From Candidatus Hecatella orcuttiae (lineage in GTDB: Archaea; Thermoproteota; Bathyarchaeia; Hecatellales; Hecatellaceae): 64,000 nucleotides of DNA. The translations under genes were made by a program, and so were the position numbers. Below the pieces are notes generated by a model that was not told the origin of the DNA, did not search any database, and was given only the letters and a program-made list of their open reading frames with translations. How positions within the stretch are numbered: position 1 is the stretch's first letter; each line of letters starts with the position of its first letter. The stretch covers positions 576,001 to 640,000 of the forward strand of contig MTLY02000003.1 in assembly GCA_002011035.2 (NCBI GenBank), in the 5' to 3' direction. Positions 56,340 to 64,000 of this stretch are shown here, piece by piece.

Positions 56340-56912
56340 TTAAGCTTCCCCCGCCTTTTTACTTCTCCCCTCCAGAATGGACCAGAATGCCAAGGCGATG
56401 AGGAGGGTGACGGTGAATACGATGCCGGGAGGAGAGCGGAGGAAGATCACAGCCAACCCCAAGGAGGGAATGTGGGCTATAACTTTCCCCACCACTGCTT
56501 CCGGGTCTACCACCCCCCTGTCAGGGACCGCGTTGTGGTCTCCCTTAGTCTTGAACCCTAGGAAGACGCCTTCCTCACTGTATTCCAGCCCGACGATCCT
56601 GTGGACGATGTACTTTCGGTCGTGGGAAGAGTAGTAGACGATGATGGGGGAATTGCCTCCCGCTTCAAACTCTTCCATCAACTCTGAGGGGGGAACCTCC
56701 TTCACGATGACTAGGTCTCCGTTTCTCAGCGTCGGAAGCATGCTTCTGCCTTCCACAACCATGACAGGGGTGGGGGTTCCCAAGGTTTGGATGAGGCCGA
56801 GCCATCCTCCTAGGAGCAACACAGCCGCCAATCCGACAATTAGGATGGGTTTGAAGTCGGCGGCTGGTTTTCTAGGCTTTGCGGAGGACTCTAAGGCCGT
56901 GTTCAATCCCAC
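56340..56912 (-). CDS. Signal peptidase I (S26B/Sec11 type)
   Basis: TM-SMLPTL..GD, IVHR, KGDHN..PD, C-terminal TM. Confidence 0.9.
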   Translation of the reverse strand: MGLNTALESSAKPRKPAADFKPILIVGLAAVLLLGGWLGLIQTLGTPTPVMVVEGRSMLPTLRNGDLVIVKEVPPSELMEEFEAGGNSPIIVYYSSHDRKYIVHRIVGLEYSEEGVFLGFKTKGDHNAVPDRGVVDPEAVVGKVIAHIPSLGLAVIFLRSPPGIVFTVTLLIALAFWSILEGRSKKAGEA

Positions 56913-57013
56913 GCTTTCTTAAATTCTTAAGTCAGCCTTTTATTTAACCCTATTAGGCTTCTTCCGAATAGTGTTTTTATGGAGGGCCTACCATTTTTAG
57001 AGGGTCTCTGAAG

Positions 57014-59881
57014 ATGGGTGGGTTGGAAGGTTCTTTTTCCACTCTCCTGAAGCCTCTCCAAAGGGTCATCAAGGAGCGAGGGTTCTCCTCGCCCACGGAG
57101 CCCCAGGAGAAGGCCATACCCCTGATTCTGAAGGGTGAAAACGTTCTTCTCATCGCCCCTACCGCCACGGGTAAAACCGAGGCAGCCATCCTGCCCATCC
57201 TCCACAATTTTCTTCTCATGCCTGAAAGGCCTCAGGGAGTTAAAATCCTATACATAACCCCTCTGAGGGCCTTAAACAGGGACCTCATGGAGAGATTGGA
57301 GTGGTGGTGTAAGAAGCTCGACTTGACGGTGGGCGTGAGGCATGGGGACACGGACACGGGGGAGCGAAGCCATCAGGCGCGAAGTCCCCCGGATATGCTT
57401 ATAACAACCCCTGAGACTCTCCAAGCGATTCTCCCCGGAAAGGTCATGCGGAGGCATCTCAGCCGGGTTAGGTGGGTTATCGTCGACGAGGTGCATGAGC
57501 TGGCCTGCGACAAGCGGGGAAGCCAGCTTTCCCTCGGCTTGGAAAGGCTGAGAAGACTGGGCGCTGGGGACTTCCAGGTCATAGGGCTTTCTGCCACCAT
57601 AGGCTCCCCGGAGAAGGTGGCCAAATTTCTGGTGGGAACCCGCCGGTCCTGCCAGATAGTCCGGGTTCCAGTGGCCAAGGACATTCGCCTTCAGATAGTC
57701 TCCGCCAAGCCCAGTCGGACGGATCATGTTACGGCGGCGAAGCTCTACACGCATCCCGAGGTGGCGGCGAGGCTGAGGGTTATCCGCGACCTCATCGAAA
57801 AGCACAGCTCGGTTTTACTGTTCACCAACACGAGGGCCGTGGCAGAGGTTCTGGCCAGCCGGTTTAAGGTTTGGGATGTTGACTACCCTGTGAGCATTCA
57901 CCACGGCAGCCTAGCTAAGCCTTCCCGCATCTGGGCTGAGCAGGGATTGAAGGGGGGTAAACTCAAAGGCTTGGTCTGCACCTCCTCCCTCGAGCTGGGA
58001 ATCGACATAGGCCTCATCGACCTTGTCATCCAGTATAACTCCCCTCGGCAGGTTACCCGGCTGGTTCAGCGGGTTGGGAGAAGCGGACACCGTCGGGGAG
58101 GCACGGCCAAGGGGGTCATCATAACCATCGACTCCGACGACACCTTGGAGGCTTTGGTCATCGCCCGCCGAGCCCTGTCGGAGGAGCTGGAGCCTGTGGC
58201 CATGCCTGAGAAGCCCTATGATACTCTCGTCCAGCAACTGGCCGGGCTTCTCATCGAAAGGAAACGTTGGCATTACGCAGAAGTTTTGGAGCTTTGCAGG
58301 GAAGCTTACCCCTATCGGAAGCTCACCAGCCAAGACTTGGACAAGGTTCTAGGCTACATGCACTCCCGTTATCCCCGGCTGGCTTGGGTTTCCTCGGAGG
58401 ACCAAAGCTTCCTCCGCCCTCAGAAAACCAAGCACCTCTACGAGTACTATTTCGGAAACCTTTCCATGATCCCCGACGAGAAACACTACTTGGTCATCGA
58501 CCAGTCCTCCGACACGCCGGTGGGGATTCTGGACGAAGCCTTTGTGGCTGAGTACGGAGACCCGGGAACAAAGTTCATCGTCCGAGGCAGCGCTTGGAAG
58601 ATCGTGTCCGTCTACGGGGACAAGATCTACGCCAAACCCGTGCAGGACCCTACTGGGGCTATCCCCAGCTGGGTGGGGGAGGAGATTCCCGTTCCCCTGG
58701 AGGTCGCCTTGGAAGTGGGAGCCATTCGGAGGTTTGTGGAGGAAAGTCTGAAGGCTTCGAAAACCCCCACCGAGGTGGTTCAGGCCCTAAGGGAAAGATA
58801 TCCCGCAGACGCGGAGACCTTGGGGGACGCTGTTCGAGAAGTGGTGGAGCAGGTGGAAGGCGGCTACCCGGTGCCCACCGACAGGAGGGTAGTGGTGGAA
58901 GAATGGGGCGACTACCTCATCCTCCAATGCTGCTTCGGCTCCTTGGTCAATAAGACGCTGGCCCGCATCCTGGGGCATGTCCTCTCAGAGGAAACAGGTG
59001 AGGCGGTGGGCATGCAGGAGGACCCCTACCGCCTGGTTTTGCAGGCCAAGGGCTCCGTGGATGGGCCGAGGCTGAAGGAGCTTCTCCTAAGCCTCACAGG
59101 ACGGAACCCGGGTAAACTGGCCGTGGAGGCCGCTGTGAAGACCGGCCTCTTCAAAAGGAGGCTTATCCATGTGGCTAGGAAGTTCGGAGCCATTTCCAAG
59201 TGGGCTGACTTCACTGAGCTCAGCCTCCGGCAGCTGGTCAAAAGCTTCGAGGGCACCGCTATCTTCGAGGAAGCCTTGAAGGACACTACCTCCACGGACA
59301 TGGACATCGACAATACTGTCCGGATCTTGGAAAAAATCCGGGAAGGCTCCATTGAAGTGGAGGTTGTTCGAGGGTTGAAGAAACCCACGCCCATCGCCCG
59401 CATCGGAGTTCAGAGGATAAGCCGCAAAACCGACCTCATCCCTCCGGAGAAAATGCGAGGCATCCTCATTGAGTCCACCCGGGCGAGGCTGCTCAACGAA
59501 GCCGCGGTGCTGGTGTGCACCCAATGCTGGAACTATGTGAAGCTGGTGAGGATTAAAAGCCTCCCCCGCTCCCTCGCATGCCCTCACTGCGGCTCCACCC
59601 GAATAGGCCTCCTCAAAGAGCCTGAAAAAGAAGTCTTCAAGATCGCGGAGAAAAAAGGGAAAAACCTCCGAGGAAGGGAAGAGGGAATCCTTGAGGCTGC
59701 GCTAGAATCCGCAGACCTGATCTCCAAATTCGGCTTCCCCGCGGCAGTGGCCTTAGTAGGCCACGGCCTCGAAGCGGAGGACGCGAGGACTGTCTTGGAG
59801 GATGAAAGCCGCCTCACCGACCGTTTCTACGAGCTGGTGGCGGAGGCGGAGAAGAAGGCTTTGAGGAGAAAATTCTGGTAG
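57014..59881 (+). CDS. lhr: Lhr-like SF2 helicase (paralogue 2)
   Basis: APTATGKT, DEVH, HHGSL, SSLELGIDIG, QRVGRSGH; C-terminal CTQC/CPHC. Confidence 0.92.
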   Translation: MGGLEGSFSTLLKPLQRVIKERGFSSPTEPQEKAIPLILKGENVLLIAPTATGKTEAAILPILHNFLLMPERPQGVKILYITPLRALNRDLMERLEWWCKKLDLTVGVRHGDTDTGERSHQARSPPDMLITTPETLQAILPGKVMRRHLSRVRWVIVDEVHELACDKRGSQLSLGLERLRRLGAGDFQVIGLSATIGSPEKVAKFLVGTRRSCQIVRVPVAKDIRLQIVSAKPSRTDHVTAAKLYTHPEVAARLRVIRDLIEKHSSVLLFTNTRAVAEVLASRFKVWDVDYPVSIHHGSLAKPSRIWAEQGLKGGKLKGLVCTSSLELGIDIGLIDLVIQYNSPRQVTRLVQRVGRSGHRRGGTAKGVIITIDSDDTLEALVIARRALSEELEPVAMPEKPYDTLVQQLAGLLIERKRWHYAEVLELCREAYPYRKLTSQDLDKVLGYMHSRYPRLAWVSSEDQSFLRPQKTKHLYEYYFGNLSMIPDEKHYLVIDQSSDTPVGILDEAFVAEYGDPGTKFIVRGSAWKIVSVYGDKIYAKPVQDPTGAIPSWVGEEIPVPLEVALEVGAIRRFVEESLKASKTPTEVVQALRERYPADAETLGDAVREVVEQVEGGYPVPTDRRVVVEEWGDYLILQCCFGSLVNKTLARILGHVLSEETGEAVGMQEDPYRLVLQAKGSVDGPRLKELLLSLTGRNPGKLAVEAAVKTGLFKRRLIHVARKFGAISKWADFTELSLRQLVKSFEGTAIFEEALKDTTSTDMDIDNTVRILEKIREGSIEVEVVRGLKKPTPIARIGVQRISRKTDLIPPEKMRGILIESTRARLLNEAAVLVCTQCWNYVKLVRIKSLPRSLACPHCGSTRIGLLKEPEKEVFKIAEKKGKNLRGREEGILEAALESADLISKFGFPAAVALVGHGLEAEDARTVLEDESRLTDRFYELVAEAEKKALRRKFW

Positions 59882-59907
59882 CCTAAAGGGCGTCGGAGGC
59901 TGGAAGG

Positions 59908-60537
59908 ATGAGGGGCCGTGGGGTTGTGGTGCTGGCTGGAGGAGGCAGCGTGAGGATGGGAGGCGTAAACAAAGCCTTCCTAAGCCTTCAAGGAAAACCT
60001 CTCCTCCGATGGGTGGTGGAAGGAGCCCTAGGGGCCGCGGGCAAGGTGGTGGTGGTCTTGAGCAAAAGCAGCCCTGAAGGCCCTTACCGGCGGATTCTCC
60101 CCGCGACGGTGAGCCTAGGGCGGGATGCCGTGGAGGGCGGAGGCCCCATCGCCGGCTTAGCAGCTGGAATAAGAAGTCTAAAAGTTGAGTACGTGGCTGT
60201 GCTGCCCTGCGACGTGCCCTTCGTCAACCCCCAAGTTTTAGGGCTGCTCTTCCAAGAGGCGGAAGGGCGTGCCTCGGAGGCGGTGATCCCCCGGTGGCCC
60301 AACGGGTACAGGGAGCCCCTCCACGCTGTCTACCGTTCTCAGCCTACTCTCCCCGCGGCGGAGGAAGCCCTAGCGCAGGGGGAATACTCGATGCTGGATG
60401 TGGTGAAGAGACTGGAGCACGTCTACTATCTGCCTGTGGATCAGATCAGAAACTTTGACCCTCAGCTTCGAGGTTTCTTCAACATCAACACACCTCAGGA
60501 CTTGGAGAAAGCCGCCTGCCTTTTAAAGAAAGGCTAA
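59908..60537 (+). CDS. mobA: Molybdenum cofactor guanylyltransferase
   Basis: LAGGGSVRMG..K, GPIAG, PCDVP, EPLHAVY, FNINTP. Confidence 0.9.
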   Translation: MRGRGVVVLAGGGSVRMGGVNKAFLSLQGKPLLRWVVEGALGAAGKVVVVLSKSSPEGPYRRILPATVSLGRDAVEGGGPIAGLAAGIRSLKVEYVAVLPCDVPFVNPQVLGLLFQEAEGRASEAVIPRWPNGYREPLHAVYRSQPTLPAAEEALAQGEYSMLDVVKRLEHVYYLPVDQIRNFDPQLRGFFNINTPQDLEKAACLLKKG

Positions 60538-60573
60538 AAGTGCGACTGTTACAATATTCCAGGCTGCTGCCTG

Positions 60574-61059
60574 TCACGGTTTAGTTTCGGTGACTGCTTC
60601 CACTTCAACGGACAGGCCTTTCAGGGATTTGCTTATCTCCACGGCGGTTAAAACGGCGCTGATGAGGATCAGCAGGACGCTGAACCCGAATATGACTAGT
60701 ATTACAACCTCCAGCCTTACGGACTCCAGCACGTTCACGAAGATCAGCAGAGAATCCACGATGGCTCCTATCAGCGAAAACTGCATCAGAAACAGCGACC
60801 ACTTGGAGAGCTTCGCCCTCTCGAAGAGCATTTCTATCTGCCTCTTCGCGTTGGCGATTTTCTTCTCCCTCGTTTCTTCTTGAAGCTGAGCTGAGGATAC
60901 GGCGTCGATGTCGTGGAGGAGATGTCTTATCCTGTCGTGGATGCGCCCATACCGGTTGTAGAGGGATATGTTGATCAAACCCACCGCGGTGATGAGCACA
61001 ACAGGAGCCAAGGTGATCTGAATCAAGTCCAACCAGTTCAAGACCGCTTCCCCTCTCAT
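60574..61059 (-). CDS. DUF2721-like membrane protein
   Basis: APVVLITAVG...NRYGRIHDRIR; three hydrophobic segments. Confidence 0.75.
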   Translation of the reverse strand: MRGEAVLNWLDLIQITLAPVVLITAVGLINISLYNRYGRIHDRIRHLLHDIDAVSSAQLQEETREKKIANAKRQIEMLFERAKLSKWSLFLMQFSLIGAIVDSLLIFVNVLESVRLEVVILVIFGFSVLLILISAVLTAVEISKSLKGLSVEVEAVTETKP

Positions 61060-61132
61060 TGGATGAGGATAACAGAAAGCCAGCCGTCTCTAAATACCTT
61101 TCCCAGACTAAAATCCTCCTACATCGCATCGG

Positions 61133-61771
61133 CTAGGCGGACTGTTCCTCTGTCTTCTCTCCCGCCGCATCAACGCCATGTCTTCTGAGGAGGGCTCTGG
61201 CTTTTTTCAGGTCGTCCACCGTGTCTACGTCCAAGAGCACTGTAGCTGTGTCTATCTCCACCTCTGCCACTTCTCCGCCATGTCTTTCCACCACTTCTCT
61301 GGCTCCCTTATCGCCGGTGACGGTTTGCACCTCGCCGAAAAGGCTTCGGGCTATGAGAACCGGGTTACCTCTCTTCCCCTGGTAGGTAGGGACAACAATA
61401 GGCGCTCCGGTCTGCCGGTAGGCTTCCATCAGCCTGTTGAGGACGGAAGCATCCACCAGAGGCTGGTCGGCTAGGATGAAGACCGCGGCCTCGCAAGCCC
61501 TGTCCACCGCTTTCAGCCCAGCTTTGAGAGAGCTACTCATCCCCCGGTCGAAGGCCTTGTTCACCACTACCTTCAACCTAGGGTCCGTGGGCAGCTTTTC
61601 AGCTACCTCCTCCGCTCGGAATCCCAAAACCACAACGACCTCCCCCACTTGGGAGGCTAGGACGTTTCCCACCGTCCACTCCACCATCGTCCGACCTCCC
61701 AGCTCAGCCAGCTGTTTGAAAGCTCCCATCCGAACCGAGCGGCCTGCCGCTAGGACGATTGCCGAAATCAA
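61133..61771 (-). CDS. mocA: Molybdenum cofactor cytidylyltransferase (MocA-like)
   Basis: LAAGRSVRMG..K.L, GMSSSL, LADQP, RGNPV, GDKGAR, DVDT. Confidence 0.85.
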   Translation of the reverse strand: MISAIVLAAGRSVRMGAFKQLAELGGRTMVEWTVGNVLASQVGEVVVVLGFRAEEVAEKLPTDPRLKVVVNKAFDRGMSSSLKAGLKAVDRACEAAVFILADQPLVDASVLNRLMEAYRQTGAPIVVPTYQGKRGNPVLIARSLFGEVQTVTGDKGAREVVERHGGEVAEVEIDTATVLLDVDTVDDLKKARALLRRHGVDAAGEKTEEQSA

Positions 61772-61851
61772 TACGGCTCTCCTACGCTGCGGAGCGAACG
61801 CTTCTTCTTCCCGTTTTCAAAGAGAGGGAGGGAGAACTCCAGCGAGGTGGG

Positions 61852-62679
61852 TCAGGCTTTTGGGGGCTGTTGGGAGGCGGCTTCCAGCCTCTTCAGCTTC
61901 AACGGCCTGCCTGTTCCCCCTCTTTGCACGTGGACTATCTCAGCCATGATGCTGAGGGCTATCTCCTCCACCGTCTTGGCGCCTATGTCCAAGCCTATGG
62001 GCGCGTGCACCCGGGCTAGGGCTGCCTCGTCAGCGACGCCTTCCTCTCGAAGCATCTTGAAGATGGTGTTCACCCTGTTAAGACTTCCCACGAGACCGAT
62101 GTAAGCGGCTTGGGAGGGGAGAACCGCCCTCAAAGCCGGCTCGTCGTACTGATGCCGGGTTACCACGACCACGTAGGTTTGGGGGCCGACGGCCACTTGG
62201 GCTAGGCCTTCGTCCACGGGGGCTGCTATCACCCTGTCAGCTTCAGGGAACCTCTCCTTTCGAGCGAAGGGATCCACCACCACGACTTGAAAGCCTAGCA
62301 TGCGGCCCAGCCTGTGAAGGGGTTCTGCGATGTGGCCGCTGCCGATGATGAGGAGGGTCGGCGTAGGCTGGATGACCTCTACCATCACGTCCATGGTGCC
62401 TCCGCAGATCATACCTACGCCTCCGGCTTCTTCCTCGGTCAGTTTGAAGCTGGACAGCCGGCTTTTTCCATCCTTCAAGGCTTCTTGGGCTTCGGCTACC
62501 ACGGCGTTTTCGATGCAGCCTCCTCCGATGGTGCCGAAGCGGCTTCCATCCTCCCGAATTATCATCTTGGCCCCGACCCCCTGAGGGGTGGAGCCCTCCG
62601 CCTTGACCACGGTGGCTACGGCTATTTTCTCCCCTCGGGAGGTGAGTTCAGCTATCTTCTGGTAGACTTCCACGGACAT
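61852..62679 (-). CDS. xdhC: XdhC/CoxI-family molybdoenzyme maturation factor
   Basis: GSTP..GAKM, GTIGGGC, CGG, YIGLVGS, PIGLDIGA..EEIALSI. Confidence 0.9.
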   Translation of the reverse strand: MSVEVYQKIAELTSRGEKIAVATVVKAEGSTPQGVGAKMIIREDGSRFGTIGGGCIENAVVAEAQEALKDGKSRLSSFKLTEEEAGGVGMICGGTMDVMVEVIQPTPTLLIIGSGHIAEPLHRLGRMLGFQVVVVDPFARKERFPEADRVIAAPVDEGLAQVAVGPQTYVVVVTRHQYDEPALRAVLPSQAAYIGLVGSLNRVNTIFKMLREEGVADEAALARVHAPIGLDIGAKTVEEIALSIMAEIVHVQRGGTGRPLKLKRLEAASQQPPKA

Positions 62680-62739
62680 CGGGGAGACCCTTTAAAAATC
62701 ATTCCGTCTTCAGGCTAAAAAAAGATTCCTTTTAGGCTG

Positions 62740-64000
62740 TCAAACTGCCTCCAAGCGGGCTAGGCCTGGGAGAAGATACACGTCCAACCATTCTCCTGCC
62801 TCCAAGGAGGTTTTGCTCCCTGAGACGAAGGCGTAGCCGTGGGAGGCCAGCACCGGGCTGATGAGAGAGGATTCCCCTCGAAGCGGCCGGGCGGCGAAGC
62901 CTGCCTCCTCCCTGGAAAGCTCCACGAAAAGCGCTCTCTTAAACTCGGTGGGCTTCCCCCAGTCAACCCGGCTGCTTAAACGAGCCTTGACAGTAGGCTT
63001 GTACTCGTCTATCTTGAGGCCCAGTTTGGCTAGGATGAGGGGGAGGAGCAGAAAGTGAAACCCGATGAGCGTCGACTGGATGAGCCCTGGCAGCAGGGCT
63101 ACAGGTTTACCGTGGACCAGCCCCAAAGAGCTGACAGCGCCAGGTTTTACCTTCAAACCGTAGACGAGGATGCCCGGCTTCCCCAGCCGGTTGACAGTTT
63201 CGACCACCAAGTCCGCTTCCCCCACCGACGAGCCTCCGATGGTCGCTGCCATGTCGTGGGAGGCCAAGGCCTCCTCCAGTCTTCTCCCGATCTCCTCTCC
63301 GTCGTCGGGGCATACGCCCAAGTAGCTGGGCGCTCCCCCTGCAGCCTCCACGAGCTTCTGGACGAGGATACTATGGCTGGCTGGGGTCTTGGAAGGATCT
63401 TCCTCTTCCAAGTCTCCCATGAGCTCGCTGCCCACCGAGAGAATGGCCACCTTGGGTTTCCGGTAGACTTTCACGGTTTTCATCCTGAACATAAAAAGCA
63501 AATCCAAGTCTTGCGCCAGCAGAATTCTCCCCCTCCTCAGGACGGTGGCTCCTCGAACCATGTCCTTCCCCGCTGCTGTGAGGTACTGTCCTTCTTCCAC
63601 CTTCCCCCTGACAGCGATTTCGCCTCCTTCTGCGAACTCCACGACTTCCAAGGGAATGATGGCGTCAGCTCCCTGGGGAAGAAGAGCCCCTGTGGGTACT
63701 CGGTAGGCTTCCTTCAAGCCTAGGGGCGGAGGGCTGAGGTTTTTCAGGTCTATCCTCCCCGCAACCTTCAACATCACAGGCTTCTCCTTGGAGGCTTCCT
63801 TCACATCGCTGCTTCTCACCGCGTAGCCGTCGAAGAAGGCCCTGTGCTTGGGGGGGATGTCCTCAGGGGAAACCACGTCCTCCGCCAGCACCCGCCCGTA
63901 GGCGTCGGCTAGGGCTACCTCTTCCACCTCAGGCTTCAGGCTGGGGATGGCGGCTATTTTCTCCAAGGCTTCCTCGGTGGTGGCGTGGTTGAAACGGCGC
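62740..64000 (-). CDS. moeA: Molybdopterin metal-insertase MoeA (5' end runs off the window)
   Basis: GRVLAED, DGYAV, TGA..P.GAD, GSEL, GGSSVG..D, KPG, LPG; the frame stays open to the window edge. Confidence 0.88.
   Translation of the reverse strand, partial: RRFNHATTEEALEKIAAIPSLKPEVEEVALADAYGRVLAEDVVSPEDIPPKHRAFFDGYAVRSSDVKEASKEKPVMLKVAGRIDLKNLSPPPLGLKEAYRVPTGALLPQGADAIIPLEVVEFAEGGEIAVRGKVEEGQYLTAAGKDMVRGATVLRRGRILLAQDLDLLFMFRMKTVKVYRKPKVAILSVGSELMGDLEEEDPSKTPASHSILVQKLVEAAGGAPSYLGVCPDDGEEIGRRLEEALASHDMAATIGGSSVGEADLVVETVNRLGKPGILVYGLKVKPGAVSSLGLVHGKPVALLPGLIQSTLIGFHFLLLPLILAKLGLKIDEYKPTVKARLSSRVDWGKPTEFKRALFVELSREEAGFAARPLRGESSLISPVLASHGYAFVSGSKTSLEAGEWLDVYLLPGLARLEAV

Overview
This is a gene-dense archaeal chromosome segment. 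It carries TBP, MCM/GINS, Hel308, A-type ATPase A/B, archaeal CdhCDE, SmAP3-type Lsm and a Nitrososphaeria-like S-layer protein, which by inference fits a TACK archaeon such as Bathyarchaeia. It has three parts. (1) 1-13.1 kb: an ArsR-cdhC-cdhD-cdhE-ferredoxin-AOR-cooT operon with no CO dehydrogenase subunits in the visible part, followed by housekeeping genes and dinB. (2) About 13.1-34.3 kb: a visibly AT-richer catabolic island with no mobility genes. It encodes a Zn alcohol dehydrogenase, a ThrC-like PLP enzyme, a class-III aminotransferase, an M20 deacylase, an atypical DUF362 Fe-S protein, a 38-aa zinc-finger microprotein, a three-subunit molybdenum hydroxylase, a Pot-type ABC importer, a corrinoid protein, two pyrrolysine-free MtmB paralogues sharing an identical 178-bp 5' end, and a second AOR with its ferredoxin. 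This is the best candidate for an undescribed system: uptake, corrinoid-dependent demethylation and oxidation of an unknown methylated compound. (3) 34.5-64 kb: core genes, including two Lhr helicases, S-layer, radical SAM, atpAB, gins-mcm-hel308, trpB2, a leuA-like gene with no canonical start codon, tbp and Moco maturation genes. No tRNA, rRNA, CRISPR array, transposase or integrase was recognised. All family calls come from motifs read by eye and reference sequences recalled from memory; no searches were run.
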